Source: an uncultured Spirochaetota bacterium (GTDB lineage Bacteria; Spirochaetota; Brevinematia; Brevinematales; JAOACQ01). Taken from it: 64,000 nucleotides of DNA. Positions 50,925 to 61,691 of the stretch are shown here, in pieces. Each line of letters opens with the position of its first letter. Position 1 is the first letter of the stretch. The stretch is taken from NCBI GenBank assembly GCA_963783575.1, contig CAWAOD010000011.1, positions 224,001 through 288,000 on the forward strand, in the 5' to 3' direction. The notes beneath the pieces were generated by a model, which was given only the letters and a program-made list of their open reading frames with translations, did no database searches and was not told where the DNA came from. The translations under genes and the position numbers were made by a program.

Positions 50925-52507
50925 TTTAAATCCTTAACCGGAATTTCAACATGGAATTTCTTTAATAATATATTAACATTTTCAACAAAAAATAGTTTAA
51001 CTGTTACCGGGAGGATCAGATAATTTATAATCAAATAAATAACAAAGAATAAAATACCAGATAACAATCTGAATAACAAATCATTGATATAATACTGAAT
51101 CAATACTCCAAAAAAAATGAAAGGAATTAATATTAATAGATTTTTTATCGGGAGCAATATATCCAGCCTTAATTTATTTTTGCTTCTTTTTAACAGTAAA
51201 AATGGTGAAAGCCAGGCCTGTCCGAAAAGAGATCCAAGGAATGCCCCAAAAGCTATTCCGCCAAGCCCGAAAATTCTTGAAAAAAATATCGCAAATCCGA
51301 CATGAAGAAAAGCCTCAATCCAGCCTATAATTGCGAAACCTTTAGTATAATTGAAAGCTATAATCATAACATTATTTAAATTTATAAGGCTTTGCAGATA
51401 GCAGAATGCCCCCAGGAAAAATACAGCCATTATACCGGCAAAACCATCTTTTCCCACCCAGAAATGAATTATAAAATCCTTTATAAAGAATATTCCTCCA
51501 AGCCACATGCTTCCTCCGATTATACAGGTGAAGGCTAGAAAATTTCTGTATGTTTTATTGATCCATTCCCAATTGCCTTCCGAGAATTCTTTGCCTAGAA
51601 TCGGCTGGATGGAGCCATAAAACATAGTTACTATATTTATCATTATAAAGAAAAGCTTATATGTTATTGAATATGGGGTTACATGCGAAACATCTATAAA
51701 ATTTGAAATGACAAAGTTATCGGCGATGTTGATGATCATTGATGCAATACCAAATATGGCAAGTCTGATCCCTGTTGAGAGGATCTTACTATATCTGATG
51801 TCAGGATTAACCAGGCCTGATTCCTGTTCTGTAAAATTGTTCTTGTTTGCCTTTTTTTCTTTTCTGTAAACGGCAAAATAAAAGAAAACCATTTTTACCA
51901 CATTAAATATAAGGGTTATAAAACCTATTATTATAGCAAAAGTAATTAGTGATCCTTTTAAATATATTACAATCATAAGACTGATAAAAGATATTGCTGA
52001 ACCGAAAATTTTGAAAAAATTATCAATATAGAGTTTTTGAAATCCGCTGTAAGATGATGAAATTAAAGAAAATGGCAGGTTAATAAAGTAAAATGCTGCA
52101 AATACCAGGACGGCAATATAAGTTTCATGCATTAAAATTTTTGGAATTTTACCCAGAATAAATATCCAATCACTGTAAAAAATATTAAGAAGTGTAAAAA
52201 TTGTGATTCCGATAATTATTGTTATAGTCATTAATTTGAATGCTTTCAGTAAAATCCTGGTTTTATCCTGAAAACTTTTATTCTTAGCCATTAATATTGA
52301 AGCCGAAGTATCAATTCCAAACCCCGATATGCTAAGGTATAATACTACCGAAGTTATAAGAGCCCATACGCCGTATTTCTCAATTTTCCAATAGTTCAGG
52401 CTGAGAGGAGGAACAATAAAGCCAAGAATTATAGTGACAAAAATATTTCCATAATTTGAGATTAAATTCAATAAATAGTTAGCTTTATTACTTTTCATCT
52501 TTTTCAT
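50921..52507 (-). CDS. Oligosaccharide flippase (Wzx-like)
   Basis: Polytopic membrane protein with KYGVWAL, within the glycosyltransferase cluster. Confidence 0.8.
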   Translation of the reverse strand: MKKMKSNKANYLLNLISNYGNIFVTIILGFIVPPLSLNYWKIEKYGVWALITSVVLYLSISGFGIDTSASILMAKNKSFQDKTRILLKAFKLMTITIIIGITIFTLLNIFYSDWIFILGKIPKILMHETYIAVLVFAAFYFINLPFSLISSSYSGFQKLYIDNFFKIFGSAISFISLMIVIYLKGSLITFAIIIGFITLIFNVVKMVFFYFAVYRKEKKANKNNFTEQESGLVNPDIRYSKILSTGIRLAIFGIASMIINIADNFVISNFIDVSHVTPYSITYKLFFIMINIVTMFYGSIQPILGKEFSEGNWEWINKTYRNFLAFTCIIGGSMWLGGIFFIKDFIIHFWVGKDGFAGIMAVFFLGAFCYLQSLINLNNVMIIAFNYTKGFAIIGWIEAFLHVGFAIFFSRIFGLGGIAFGAFLGSLFGQAWLSPFLLLKRSKNKLRLDILLPIKNLLILIPFIFFGVLIQYYINDLLFRLLSGILFFVIYLIINYLILPVTVKLFFVENVNILLKKFHVEIPVKDLK

Positions 52508-53549
52508 TTCCTGGAATAATATTTTTTATTATAGTTTCCGCAAAAAACTCTGCGGAAAAAAATCTCATCTGTTTGCTTTTTATAAAACTCTGAATATTCC
52601 TGAGATAATTTTCATATTCATTGTCGCTTAATTGTTTTATATAATTATATAATTCAGCATAATTTTTAAACCTGGACCAATCAATAAATGTATTTTCCGG
52701 TATGAAATTTTTAATATTCGGTGCACCCAAGTAAATTGGAATACAGCCGGCGAAAAAACTATCAAATATCTTTTCAGTAATATACCCCGGAATATTCCTG
52801 GCATTCTCGAAGCATATAGAGAATTTATATCGCGAAAGAATAGCTCTTTTTTCAGGTATAGTACCTCTGTAAACAATTAAATTTTTTTTAAATAATCCTC
52901 TGAAAAAATTTATTTTCTCAATTATTTTAAAAATTTTCCTGATTATTTTATTCCGCAAAAACTTTCTTATCTGTTTAATCCATACTCCTTTTTCCCAATC
53001 AATGCCGTATAGATCAAAGTCTTCTGTATGGTTATTATTAAACCATTCCACAGCATTCAGCCTTTCACTATAAAGTTCCCTTTTATCATAATTCATTTTA
53101 TTTGCCGTAATCATTACACAAAGTTTTTTTTTGGTTGATAAATCTATTTCAAAGATGTCCGGGATTTTATTGGCAAGGAAAAACTTAATATATTTCCGGC
53201 CGTCAACCTTACTATCGTTCCATGTAAAAATCTTTTCAAATAAAATATGCTTTTTTATATCCCAATTTTCGGGCTTAATAATCTCGGATTCTGTAAGGAT
53301 TAAATAAAGAGGCTTTCTCAAATGAATTATATTTTGAAAGTCTTTATTACGAAAATCAGGCATGTCGCTAAAAAGAAAAAGATCGAATTTATCCGCTGGA
53401 TACATATCATAAGTAGATAACTCATAACCTTTTGTTTTGAATTTATCCCTTAATACTACCATTGGATAAAGACAATCATCCCTGGATTTTTCATTAAAAT
53501 ATCTATTATTCTTATATAATTTATCAACAAATATCCCAATTTTTTTCAT
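52488..53549 (-). CDS. Glycosyltransferase family 10 (fucosyltransferase-like)
   Basis: YKFSICFEN...GYITEKIFD...GCIPIYLGA. Confidence 0.85.
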   Translation of the reverse strand: MKKIGIFVDKLYKNNRYFNEKSRDDCLYPMVVLRDKFKTKGYELSTYDMYPADKFDLFLFSDMPDFRNKDFQNIIHLRKPLYLILTESEIIKPENWDIKKHILFEKIFTWNDSKVDGRKYIKFFLANKIPDIFEIDLSTKKKLCVMITANKMNYDKRELYSERLNAVEWFNNNHTEDFDLYGIDWEKGVWIKQIRKFLRNKIIRKIFKIIEKINFFRGLFKKNLIVYRGTIPEKRAILSRYKFSICFENARNIPGYITEKIFDSFFAGCIPIYLGAPNIKNFIPENTFIDWSRFKNYAELYNYIKQLSDNEYENYLRNIQSFIKSKQMRFFSAEFFAETIIKNIIPGNEKDEK

Positions 53550-54322
53550 TTTATCTTCCTGAAATAAAAACACCCGCATCCGTATTCCTGTTTATCTGCA
53601 TCTTCTTTTCCGGCGTTTTCAATCATACCTCTTTTATCAGCGTCATCCGGGATTAATGAAAATTCAACCAGCTCAAAATTATTGAAATAGCTTATAATCT
53701 GATCATAACTATAGATGCGATGAGCATTGAACATAATTTTTGGTTTTCCTGCAATTGGTACGACAAATAAAATTATACCGTTATGAGATATCACACGTTT
53801 TAACTCCGATATGGCAGTTAAATCTCCATCAGGTTTTATTTCTTCACCATATCTGCCTAGTCCTACATGTTCGATGACATGCATACATGATAATGAAGAT
53901 ATTGATAGATTTTCAAAGGGAAGTTGCAGTAAATCAGCTTTTCCCGAAGTCAATCCGCTTAGATTGATTTCAGCCGGTCTGTAATCAAAATACTTTATTG
54001 GTACAATTGCCGAAGCGATAGCAACAAACATCAGTGAAGATGAAATATCGTAATGCATCGCCGGTTTTTCCTTTGCTAAAACCCTTGCGGCCCAAGCGGT
54101 GTGATAAATATAATGAGTATCAAATGATAATGTTGAAGTTCTATCCCTGAGGCAGGGATATCGGTCTTTCCATCTTAATAGAAAACGTTTTCCGGTAATT
54201 TTATGTGATTTTTTAAAGTTCAAAAAGTCTGCAATAAAATGTATATAAGTAATGAAATTTGTAATAAAATGATAAATGCGCCTGGGTATTTTGTAAAAAA
54301 AGCTTTTTTTTATAAACCCCAT
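53546..54322 (-). CDS. DUF268-type methyltransferase-like protein
   Basis: SLSCMHVIEHVGLGRYG and FNAHRIY. Confidence 0.8.
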   Translation of the reverse strand: MGFIKKSFFYKIPRRIYHFITNFITYIHFIADFLNFKKSHKITGKRFLLRWKDRYPCLRDRTSTLSFDTHYIYHTAWAARVLAKEKPAMHYDISSSLMFVAIASAIVPIKYFDYRPAEINLSGLTSGKADLLQLPFENLSISSLSCMHVIEHVGLGRYGEEIKPDGDLTAISELKRVISHNGIILFVVPIAGKPKIMFNAHRIYSYDQIISYFNNFELVEFSLIPDDADKRGMIENAGKEDADKQEYGCGCFYFRKIK

Positions 54323-54343
54323 AATTATCTCCTGAAGAAAATG

Positions 54344-55420
54344 TCAGAATTTCATTTTTATTTCATTAAAAACTTTTGTCAGTCTTTCCACATAGGTATA
54401 ACTTTTTGTTTTTTTATAACCGGCAATTTTAATTCTTTCCCTTATTTCATTATTTTGTAAATAATAATCCAGCTGCCTTTTTAAATCGTCAATATTGCTG
54501 AAAACTGCTATTTCCCTGCCGATATCATAATAGTCTTCGATTTCTAAAGCATATTGGCTGAGCTGGAATCCACCGCAGCCGGGTATTTCAAAGTTTCTTG
54601 CCTTTATTTGTTCTATTCTTTTCGGATTATAATCAATAAATAAATAATCTCTGATATTTCTTTTTACCGATTTTAAATACTGATATGGATTCCTAGTTTT
54701 TATTTCAATGAAAGATTTGAAAAAAGATCTAAGAAGGTATCTTCTGTATCTCTTATCATACGATACGCTGTTGGATAAATTAAGGTTTATTTTTGAAGTT
54801 AAAAATATATGCTTGATATCTTCCGGTTCCATTCTTCCATTTTTCCAACCCTGTCCAAAGCAATTGACTTGATAGCCGCTTTTTACCAATTCATTTATAT
54901 GCCATTCCCTGTTTGTATTAATTCCGCCGACAAATGAGATGTCATAATTATATTCATTATTATCAAAATTAATATTCTCAGTATAATCAAAGGTTGCCCA
55001 TTGAGATAATATTACATTACAGCCCATTTTATGATATTTTGGAACGCTGTATTTATCAACAGTAATAGAGTATGTCAATTTCGGAGCTACATAACGTGTG
55101 AAATCTTCAAAGCGCCATTGATCGTCACAAAACCAATTAATTGTAAAATACTTGCTGCTAATTTTCTCTATTGTATCAAGAGATATTTCGTTGTTCATCA
55201 GCATAAAAAAAACAATGTCTGGCTTTTCCAGACTAATAAAATCTAAAATTCTAGATTGTAAACTGAATATTTCATCCGGATAACCATTTTCCTCCAGCCA
55301 GAATGGCTTTACCTCATCGGCTATTTGACTAAGTGCTGGCAGAAAAAACATTTTCTCCCCGCTATATCCCCTTTCTTTTTGACCATAATCATATTTTAAT
55401 ATTACCGGTACTATTTTCAT
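54344..55420 (-). CDS. CgeB-like glycosyltransferase
   Basis: NWFCDDQWRF, SKINLN and KARNFEIPGCGGF. Confidence 0.85.
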   Translation of the reverse strand: MKIVPVILKYDYGQKERGYSGEKMFFLPALSQIADEVKPFWLEENGYPDEIFSLQSRILDFISLEKPDIVFFMLMNNEISLDTIEKISSKYFTINWFCDDQWRFEDFTRYVAPKLTYSITVDKYSVPKYHKMGCNVILSQWATFDYTENINFDNNEYNYDISFVGGINTNREWHINELVKSGYQVNCFGQGWKNGRMEPEDIKHIFLTSKINLNLSNSVSYDKRYRRYLLRSFFKSFIEIKTRNPYQYLKSVKRNIRDYLFIDYNPKRIEQIKARNFEIPGCGGFQLSQYALEIEDYYDIGREIAVFSNIDDLKRQLDYYLQNNEIRERIKIAGYKKTKSYTYVERLTKVFNEIKMKF

Positions 55421-56934
55421 GAAACCCTCAAATCAATCTCACTGTTTTTTTTCTTCAAGGCTATAATCATATAAATAATGAAATTTAAAACAATGAATGG
55501 TGTTTTTTCACCTAGGTATAAATCAAAACGGGGAGAAAATAGAATTCCCATCGATATTGATAATATTATTACCAGCCTCATTGAAAAGTTATTGTGTAAT
55601 TGAAATTCTTCAGGATCAGAGTTAATCAATAATAAATATGGAATGATTTGAACCGGAAGTTGATAATCATGGCTTACACTTGGCAGAAGAGACATAAGCT
55701 GGAAAGCCATACCTATCAGTCCGATATCTTTCAAAGTGAAGTTTGCGTTTTCTTTTTTGTTATAATTAATAAAATATTTAAGCCATACTATAATAAATAG
55801 AATTATGAAAATTAATGAAATAATATAACTTATAGAATGAACATTTCCTTTACCTAAAAAATTATATATAAAGCTGAATAAGGAGTGGTCTCCTTCCCAT
55901 TGATAAGGAACGCTAATAAAATCAGACATTCTTATAAAAAAATATACAACGGGCTTATAACCGATAATAAATAAAGCGGCTATATTGGTTAATAGAAAAA
56001 TGGGTATTGTTTTCCACCCGAATTTCAGTAATATGAATGCAAAAAGTATTAATGGGTAAATTTTAAAATTTACTGCAATAGTCAATGTTATTATTGAAAG
56101 AAGCATATTATTCCTGGTTATTGAATAAAGGGAAATTATAGAAAATAAACCGGCTATGATATCGTAATTACCTCTTTCTAAAGAGAAAAGCACCGGATAG
56201 GTATTATAAAACAAAGTGAATAAAAGAATGGCAACTATGATTATTCCGAATTTATTATAAAATCTGAGTTCGGTATTTAAATTAATAATCAGAGAATAAT
56301 AAATAATAAGAAATAATGATATAAGGATTAATAGGGTCTGTATTCTATAAGCAACATCAAAATTGATAAAAGAAAGAGGTAATGCGAATACCGGCACAAA
56401 AGGAGGGTATATATTCCCTATTTTTAAATATTGATTAATTCCTTTTTTCAATGTATTTGCTTGCTGATAGACTACATTAAAATCAAAACCGCTGGGCTTA
56501 TCCTTAATGAGGGTTATGGAATAACCCTGATCAAACTGATTGTCCCTAATTCGGAATATATGAAAAAATAGATTCAAAGTGATAATGAAAAGCAATAAAG
56601 ATGCTATAAATAAGGACATTTTTTTTTGCGATAACCGTTTGAATCGATTTAGTATAAAAATGGATATGAATAAAAGAGAAAAAAAGATTCCGTAAAAGAT
56701 ACAGCCTAAACCAAGCTTATGGATATTTTTCAACCAGATTTCTGCCATAGTTAAATTGTCAAAAAGAGCATTCAGGGGTTTATCTTTAATCACAGATATC
56801 AAATTGAGCAAATAGTTTTGTAAATAATGGTTTGTGATCAGCATAATTCCTGACAAAATCAGAATCATAACTAAAATAAATGATAAAACAAAAGTAACAT
56901 TTTTTATAAAATTCAAATATTTGTGGAACATCAA
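55417..56934 (-). CDS. GT87-like integral membrane glycosyltransferase
   Basis: DF...Y, YPP, ERGNYD and KIYP motifs with many TM segments. Confidence 0.75.
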   Translation of the reverse strand: MMFHKYLNFIKNVTFVLSFILVMILILSGIMLITNHYLQNYLLNLISVIKDKPLNALFDNLTMAEIWLKNIHKLGLGCIFYGIFFSLLFISIFILNRFKRLSQKKMSLFIASLLLFIITLNLFFHIFRIRDNQFDQGYSITLIKDKPSGFDFNVVYQQANTLKKGINQYLKIGNIYPPFVPVFALPLSFINFDVAYRIQTLLILISLFLIIYYSLIINLNTELRFYNKFGIIIVAILLFTLFYNTYPVLFSLERGNYDIIAGLFSIISLYSITRNNMLLSIITLTIAVNFKIYPLILFAFILLKFGWKTIPIFLLTNIAALFIIGYKPVVYFFIRMSDFISVPYQWEGDHSLFSFIYNFLGKGNVHSISYIISLIFIILFIIVWLKYFINYNKKENANFTLKDIGLIGMAFQLMSLLPSVSHDYQLPVQIIPYLLLINSDPEEFQLHNNFSMRLVIILSISMGILFSPRFDLYLGEKTPFIVLNFIIYMIIALKKKNSEIDLRVS

Positions 56935-57093
56935 TAACCGTCCATTTTATTCGGATTGTTGGAAAAATAAGAGTGGCTCTATCGAATCGATAAATCATAG
57001 ACATCAATATTTTATCCTGAATTATAAATTTTTGCAATAAATGACTTTACCGATTAAAATAATCCTTAAACATTAAGGTCCAAGGGGAAAATT

Positions 57094-59340
57094 ATGGGCG
57101 CATTCATTCAATTCCTAAAAAAGAATTATATGATGATAATCTGGATAATATGTTCCATAATTATTTTATTATTAATGCCACAAATTGTCTGGATTCAGGA
57201 TAATAAAAGCAATCCATACTTAACAGTCTTTGACAGGCTTCCTTTCCGGATAATTATTACAATTCTAGCAGGATCAATAATCGGATTATTATATTCCGGT
57301 TTTATATTCAACATAATAAAAAGTTATTCCGAAGCTAGATGCAGTATTTTATTAAAAAAACTGGCAATATCGCATATTCCTTTAATATTTCTCCTTTTAC
57401 TACCCTTCCGAATTGAAATTGGGTACCAGAATCTTGTGAACTGCATAATATTTTACGGCTCCATTCTTGTTTACTATATACTTCTGGAAATCAATATTCT
57501 AATTCCTGTTACTTTAATTAACTTGAAAAACAAACTAAGAGAAAGTATTTTAATAATTTGTTTTTTTGTTTTAACTTTGCTTTTCTTTGCACCGGTTCAA
57601 ATTTTTTTAACTAATCCCGGTGAATTCTTTTTCCAATTTACTGATTTGATACGGAATTTTTTTATTATTTCTATTCTTGTTTTTATTATTATTTATAGAA
57701 TTTTTCTATTATTTAATTTTGAATCCAAAGGTTATAAATTATTTCTATTGATAACATTTGCACTGGGATTATGTTTATTGATTCAGGGAAACTTTTTTGT
57801 TTGGCATTATGGATCGCTTAACGGTAGTAAGATAGACTGGGGCAATTATTTTATTTTCGGGTTGATTGATGGTTTTGTATGGTGTGTTTTAATAATTTCG
57901 CCTGTTTTAATGCAAGACTTTATTTATTCAAATCTTAAAAAAAACGGCATCTGGATTTGCCTGATATTTATCTTGTTTCAGTTTTTTTTAAGTTTATTTC
58001 TGACAATACAGCAATATTCCATTATCATTAATACGAATAATTCCAGTTTTAGGAATTACACCGTCGATGAAAATAAAAAATTTGTTTTTTCAAAGGAAAC
58101 AAATGTTATTGTATTAATTACAGATGAATTCCAGACGGATATTTTCTGGGAAATTATCAAAGAAAAACCCGAGTATTATAATGTTTTTGACGGTTTCACT
58201 TATTTCCCTGATACTATATCGGCGTATCCGGCTACGGCTATGGCGGTTCCAGCTATTCTGACCGGAGAATTATATAATAACAATGAAACAAGGGATAAAT
58301 TTTTAAACCGGTCTTATTTAAGTAATTCTATATTGAAAACAATGAAAGAAAATGGTTTTAATGTTGATGTTTACCCGATGGACAGTGGAACTATTGTTTA
58401 CAGCGATAAAATAATCAGCAACATCAAAAAGAGAAATGATACCGGGATAGTATTAAAAGAGCTTGCATATCTTTATGATTCGGTTTTATTCCGCTATATG
58501 CCGCACTTTTTAAAAAAAAGCATTTACAGGGACAACCAGTGGTTTTTGACTTCAATTGCCGATAAAATTAATTTTCATAAAGTGCGGTTTGTAAGGGATA
58601 TGCCTGTTCAGTTTACGCGTGAAGAAATTGAACGAAGCGACAATATCAGGTTTATTTACCGTTTCTGGACCGAATCGGAAGTTAAAGACAATAAATGTTT
58701 CAAATTTTATCATATCGAGGGCATGCATCCATATCTTAACCTTGATGAGAATATTAATGTAAAAGGCTTTGATTATAATAGGGTAACATATAAGAATCAG
58801 GCAAAAGCATTATTAAAAATACTGGGCTGGTTTATAAGCGGATTAAAAAAAATGAATGTCTATGATAATTCATTAATTTTAATAATGGGAGATCATGGTT
58901 CAGCCCGTTCAGAGGATATGCTGATTCATGAAAAGACATATTATGAATTCATTTCAAAGAAACAAGATTCGATATTACATGATGGTATTTTAACCAATAT
59001 TTCTTATAACAATCCTACGAGGGCTTTGCCGCTTTTCCTTGTCAAACCTTTATTAAACAGGGGAAAGCTGAGAATTTCCACAGTCCGTATATCTACTCTT
59101 GATACTCCAAAAACCATTGCTGACGAACTTTCATTAAAATCCGATTTTTATGGCGTGGATGCTTTAAAATCAAATATTACAAATAACAGGATACGTGTTT
59201 TTATGGATTATACCTGGAAGGGATATTTGGAAAGCGATTATTTGGATGTTATTAAAGTTCTGCAAATAAAAGGCAGCGGCTGGTTTAATTCAAGCTGGTC
59301 AAATACAGGCAAAGATTTAAAACACATTGAAAAGAGATGA
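57094..59340 (+). CDS. Membrane-anchored sulfatase/alkaline-phosphatase superfamily protein
   Basis: N-terminal TM segments, LITDEFQ, YPAT, HIEGMHP and IMGDHG. Confidence 0.75.
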   Translation: MGAFIQFLKKNYMMIIWIICSIIILLLMPQIVWIQDNKSNPYLTVFDRLPFRIIITILAGSIIGLLYSGFIFNIIKSYSEARCSILLKKLAISHIPLIFLLLLPFRIEIGYQNLVNCIIFYGSILVYYILLEINILIPVTLINLKNKLRESILIICFFVLTLLFFAPVQIFLTNPGEFFFQFTDLIRNFFIISILVFIIIYRIFLLFNFESKGYKLFLLITFALGLCLLIQGNFFVWHYGSLNGSKIDWGNYFIFGLIDGFVWCVLIISPVLMQDFIYSNLKKNGIWICLIFILFQFFLSLFLTIQQYSIIINTNNSSFRNYTVDENKKFVFSKETNVIVLITDEFQTDIFWEIIKEKPEYYNVFDGFTYFPDTISAYPATAMAVPAILTGELYNNNETRDKFLNRSYLSNSILKTMKENGFNVDVYPMDSGTIVYSDKIISNIKKRNDTGIVLKELAYLYDSVLFRYMPHFLKKSIYRDNQWFLTSIADKINFHKVRFVRDMPVQFTREEIERSDNIRFIYRFWTESEVKDNKCFKFYHIEGMHPYLNLDENINVKGFDYNRVTYKNQAKALLKILGWFISGLKKMNVYDNSLILIMGDHGSARSEDMLIHEKTYYEFISKKQDSILHDGILTNISYNNPTRALPLFLVKPLLNRGKLRISTVRISTLDTPKTIADELSLKSDFYGVDALKSNITNNRIRVFMDYTWKGYLESDYLDVIKVLQIKGSGWFNSSWSNTGKDLKHIEKR

Positions 59341-59346
59341 TTATCA

Positions 59347-60399
59347 TCAATTCGTGAGATAAGATTGATAAACATTACGAATGCCTTCTTCAAGGCTGAT
59401 TTTATGCTTCCATCCAAGATTATGAAGCCTTGAAACATCAAGAAGTTTTCTCGGTGTACCATCCGGTTTTGTCCTGTCAAATATGATCTTTCCGTCGAAT
59501 CCTGTTATTTTTTTTATCATGCCCGCCAGTTCTTTTATTTTTAAATCTTCGCCTGTGCCGATGTTTATAAAATCATTTTTCGAATAATTTTCCATTAAAT
59601 ATACGCATGCACCGGCAAGATCATCAACATGAAGGAATTCCCTTCTTGGATTTCCGCTACCCCAGAGTGAAATTATTACATTCGAATCCCTCCGGATGAT
59701 TCCGCTCCGTTTTTCTAAAAATTCAAGTATGTGATTTTCACCTGTTTTATTATCGATTCCATCAATAGGTCTTTTTCTTAAATCTTTTTTTATTGTTTCC
59801 CAATCGTTATTTTTCAAAGCATTTGCCAGATGCATTTTTCTGATAAAAGCAGCCAGGACATGTGATTTCTCGAGATCATAATTATCATTTGGTCCGTATA
59901 AATTTGTCGGCATAACGCTTATGAAATTTGTATGGTATTGCTGGTTAAAATACTGGCAAAGTTTTAATCCGGCAATCTTTGCAATGGCATATGCTTCATT
60001 TGTAGGCTCAAGATAACCAGACAGAAGATATTCTTCTTTTATAGGCTGGCGGCATAATTTTGGATAAATGCAGGAACTTCCCAGGAACAGAAGTTTTTTC
60101 ACTCCGCTTATTCTTGATGCGTTTATAACATTGCATTCTATCATTAAATTTTCATAAATGAAATCCCCAGAGTAAGCTGAATTTGCATAAATACCACCGA
60201 CTTTTGCCGCTGCTAAAAAAACATATTCCGGCTTTTCCTTTTGAAAGAATTTCAATGTATCTGTTTGATCTATCAGATTTAAATCCTGATATTCCCTGCT
60301 TATAATGTTTGAATATCCTGAATTTTTCAATTGTCTGACAATTGCCGATCCAACCAGACCTTTATGGCCTGCAACATAGATTTTGCTGGTTATATCCAT
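59347..60399 (-). CDS. fcl: GDP-L-fucose synthase
   Basis: AGHKGLVGSA, AAKVGGI, LGSSCIYP, YAIAK and PDGTPRK. Confidence 0.95.
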   Translation of the reverse strand: MDITSKIYVAGHKGLVGSAIVRQLKNSGYSNIISREYQDLNLIDQTDTLKFFQKEKPEYVFLAAAKVGGIYANSAYSGDFIYENLMIECNVINASRISGVKKLLFLGSSCIYPKLCRQPIKEEYLLSGYLEPTNEAYAIAKIAGLKLCQYFNQQYHTNFISVMPTNLYGPNDNYDLEKSHVLAAFIRKMHLANALKNNDWETIKKDLRKRPIDGIDNKTGENHILEFLEKRSGIIRRDSNVIISLWGSGNPRREFLHVDDLAGACVYLMENYSKNDFINIGTGEDLKIKELAGMIKKITGFDGKIIFDRTKPDGTPRKLLDVSRLHNLGWKHKISLEEGIRNVYQSYLTN

Positions 60400-60419
60400 A
60401 TTACTTCCTATTAAAAAAA

Positions 60420-60899
60420 TCAATTTGTGTTTGATAAATACATTATTCCGGTATATTCACAAGGTTCACTATTTACATTAAATTGCAAGCTATATGCTTC
60501 AACATAAATGTAATATATATTACTGATTTGCAGTATGCCATTGTTAATAATAGCCGGTAAATTTAAACCGGAGGCAATATATGTAGAATAAAGTGTTTCC
60601 GAATTCACGGTAGATGCGGGGATAGTAGGCTGATTTGTTACGCCGTTTGGATTAAACACAAGGTATGCATTAGTATTAATCACATCAGGTAAGTTGGTTG
60701 TAATATAAACATTGTAACCGCTGAAAAAGTTCTCAGTATTGAAGCCATGGAAAGTTATAAAAATTGCACCATTTGTATTTATTGCCGTTAAACCAAGTGG
60801 AGGTGCAAGTTTAACCTGGTTCCCTAGATTCTCTATAGGACAGGATGAAAAAATAATCAAAACTATAAATATCAAAAATATTTTTTTTATTGTTATCAT
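60420..60899 (-). CDS. Lipoprotein (paralog of 61195-61680)
   Basis: Lipobox-like IFSSC and KLAPPLGL...GFN.E..FSGY. Confidence 0.75.
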   Translation of the reverse strand: MITIKKIFLIFIVLIIFSSCPIENLGNQVKLAPPLGLTAINTNGAIFITFHGFNTENFFSGYNVYITTNLPDVINTNAYLVFNPNGVTNQPTIPASTVNSETLYSTYIASGLNLPAIINNGILQISNIYYIYVEAYSLQFNVNSEPCEYTGIMYLSNTN

Positions 60900-60954
60900 T
60901 AAATAAATTCCCCGCTTCAATTAACAATTTTACCCCTTTGATTCCCTTTGGCAA

Positions 60955-61053
60955 CAGACTGTGTGAAAACTCGGCTTTTTGAAGCGTAATTCTATATTTT
61001 CCGTTTTGTAACTTCAAAAAATACTTAATGAAAAATAGTTTTCACACAGCCTG
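60955..61053. mobile_element. 99-bp MITE related to IS element 2
   Basis: Ends CAGACTGTGTGAAAAC and GTTTTCACACAGCCTG, 3-bp duplication CAA, same REP-like target in reverse orientation. Confidence 0.9.
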
Positions 61054-61194
61054 CAAGCTAAGGGCAGGCTATCTTGCCCCCGGTGAAATTTCTTGCGGCT
61101 GTATATTTATGATGCTTTACTAACCCAAAACTCTTACTGAAGCTATTATTCTGAACTTTTATTATAACATCCCAATATTCAGCAATGAGGCGTC

Positions 61195-61680
61195 TTATTG
61201 AAAAATGGTCACCCCATTTGTATAAAAACATGGGTTACTGTATAAATTATATAAAACGCTGTAAGCTTTTACATAAATAAAATAAGTACTGCTTATCTGA
61301 ATAGACCCAGTCGTTAAATTATAATTAGTGGGAAAAGTTCTTTTATTTATAACATATGTGAAGGGAGTTTCTGAATTCACAGGTGTTGCATCAAGTGTCG
61401 GCTGATTGGTACTCGAGCTTCCATCAGGTCTATAGACAAGGTACCCTCTGTTGTTATTCAAATCATCCACACTTGTAGCTATATAGATATCATAACCGCT
61501 GAAATAATCTTCACTATTAAATCCTTCAAAGTTAACCAGAATCTGCCCCGGGCTATTATTTGTTGCAGATAAATCCAGAGGTGGATTCAGTTTTATTTCA
61601 GGTTCAAAACTTTCAACTCCGCAGGCTGTAAATATAAGGAATGTTATTACCGGTAATATATATTTAAAAATATTATTCAT
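61195..61680 (-). CDS. Lipoprotein
   Basis: Lipobox-like FTAC and KLNPPLDL...GFNSEDYFSGY. Confidence 0.8.
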   Translation of the reverse strand: MNNIFKYILPVITFLIFTACGVESFEPEIKLNPPLDLSATNNSPGQILVNFEGFNSEDYFSGYDIYIATSVDDLNNNRGYLVYRPDGSSSTNQPTLDATPVNSETPFTYVINKRTFPTNYNLTTGSIQISSTYFIYVKAYSVLYNLYSNPCFYTNGVTIFQ

Positions 61681-61691
61681 CTTATTATTAC

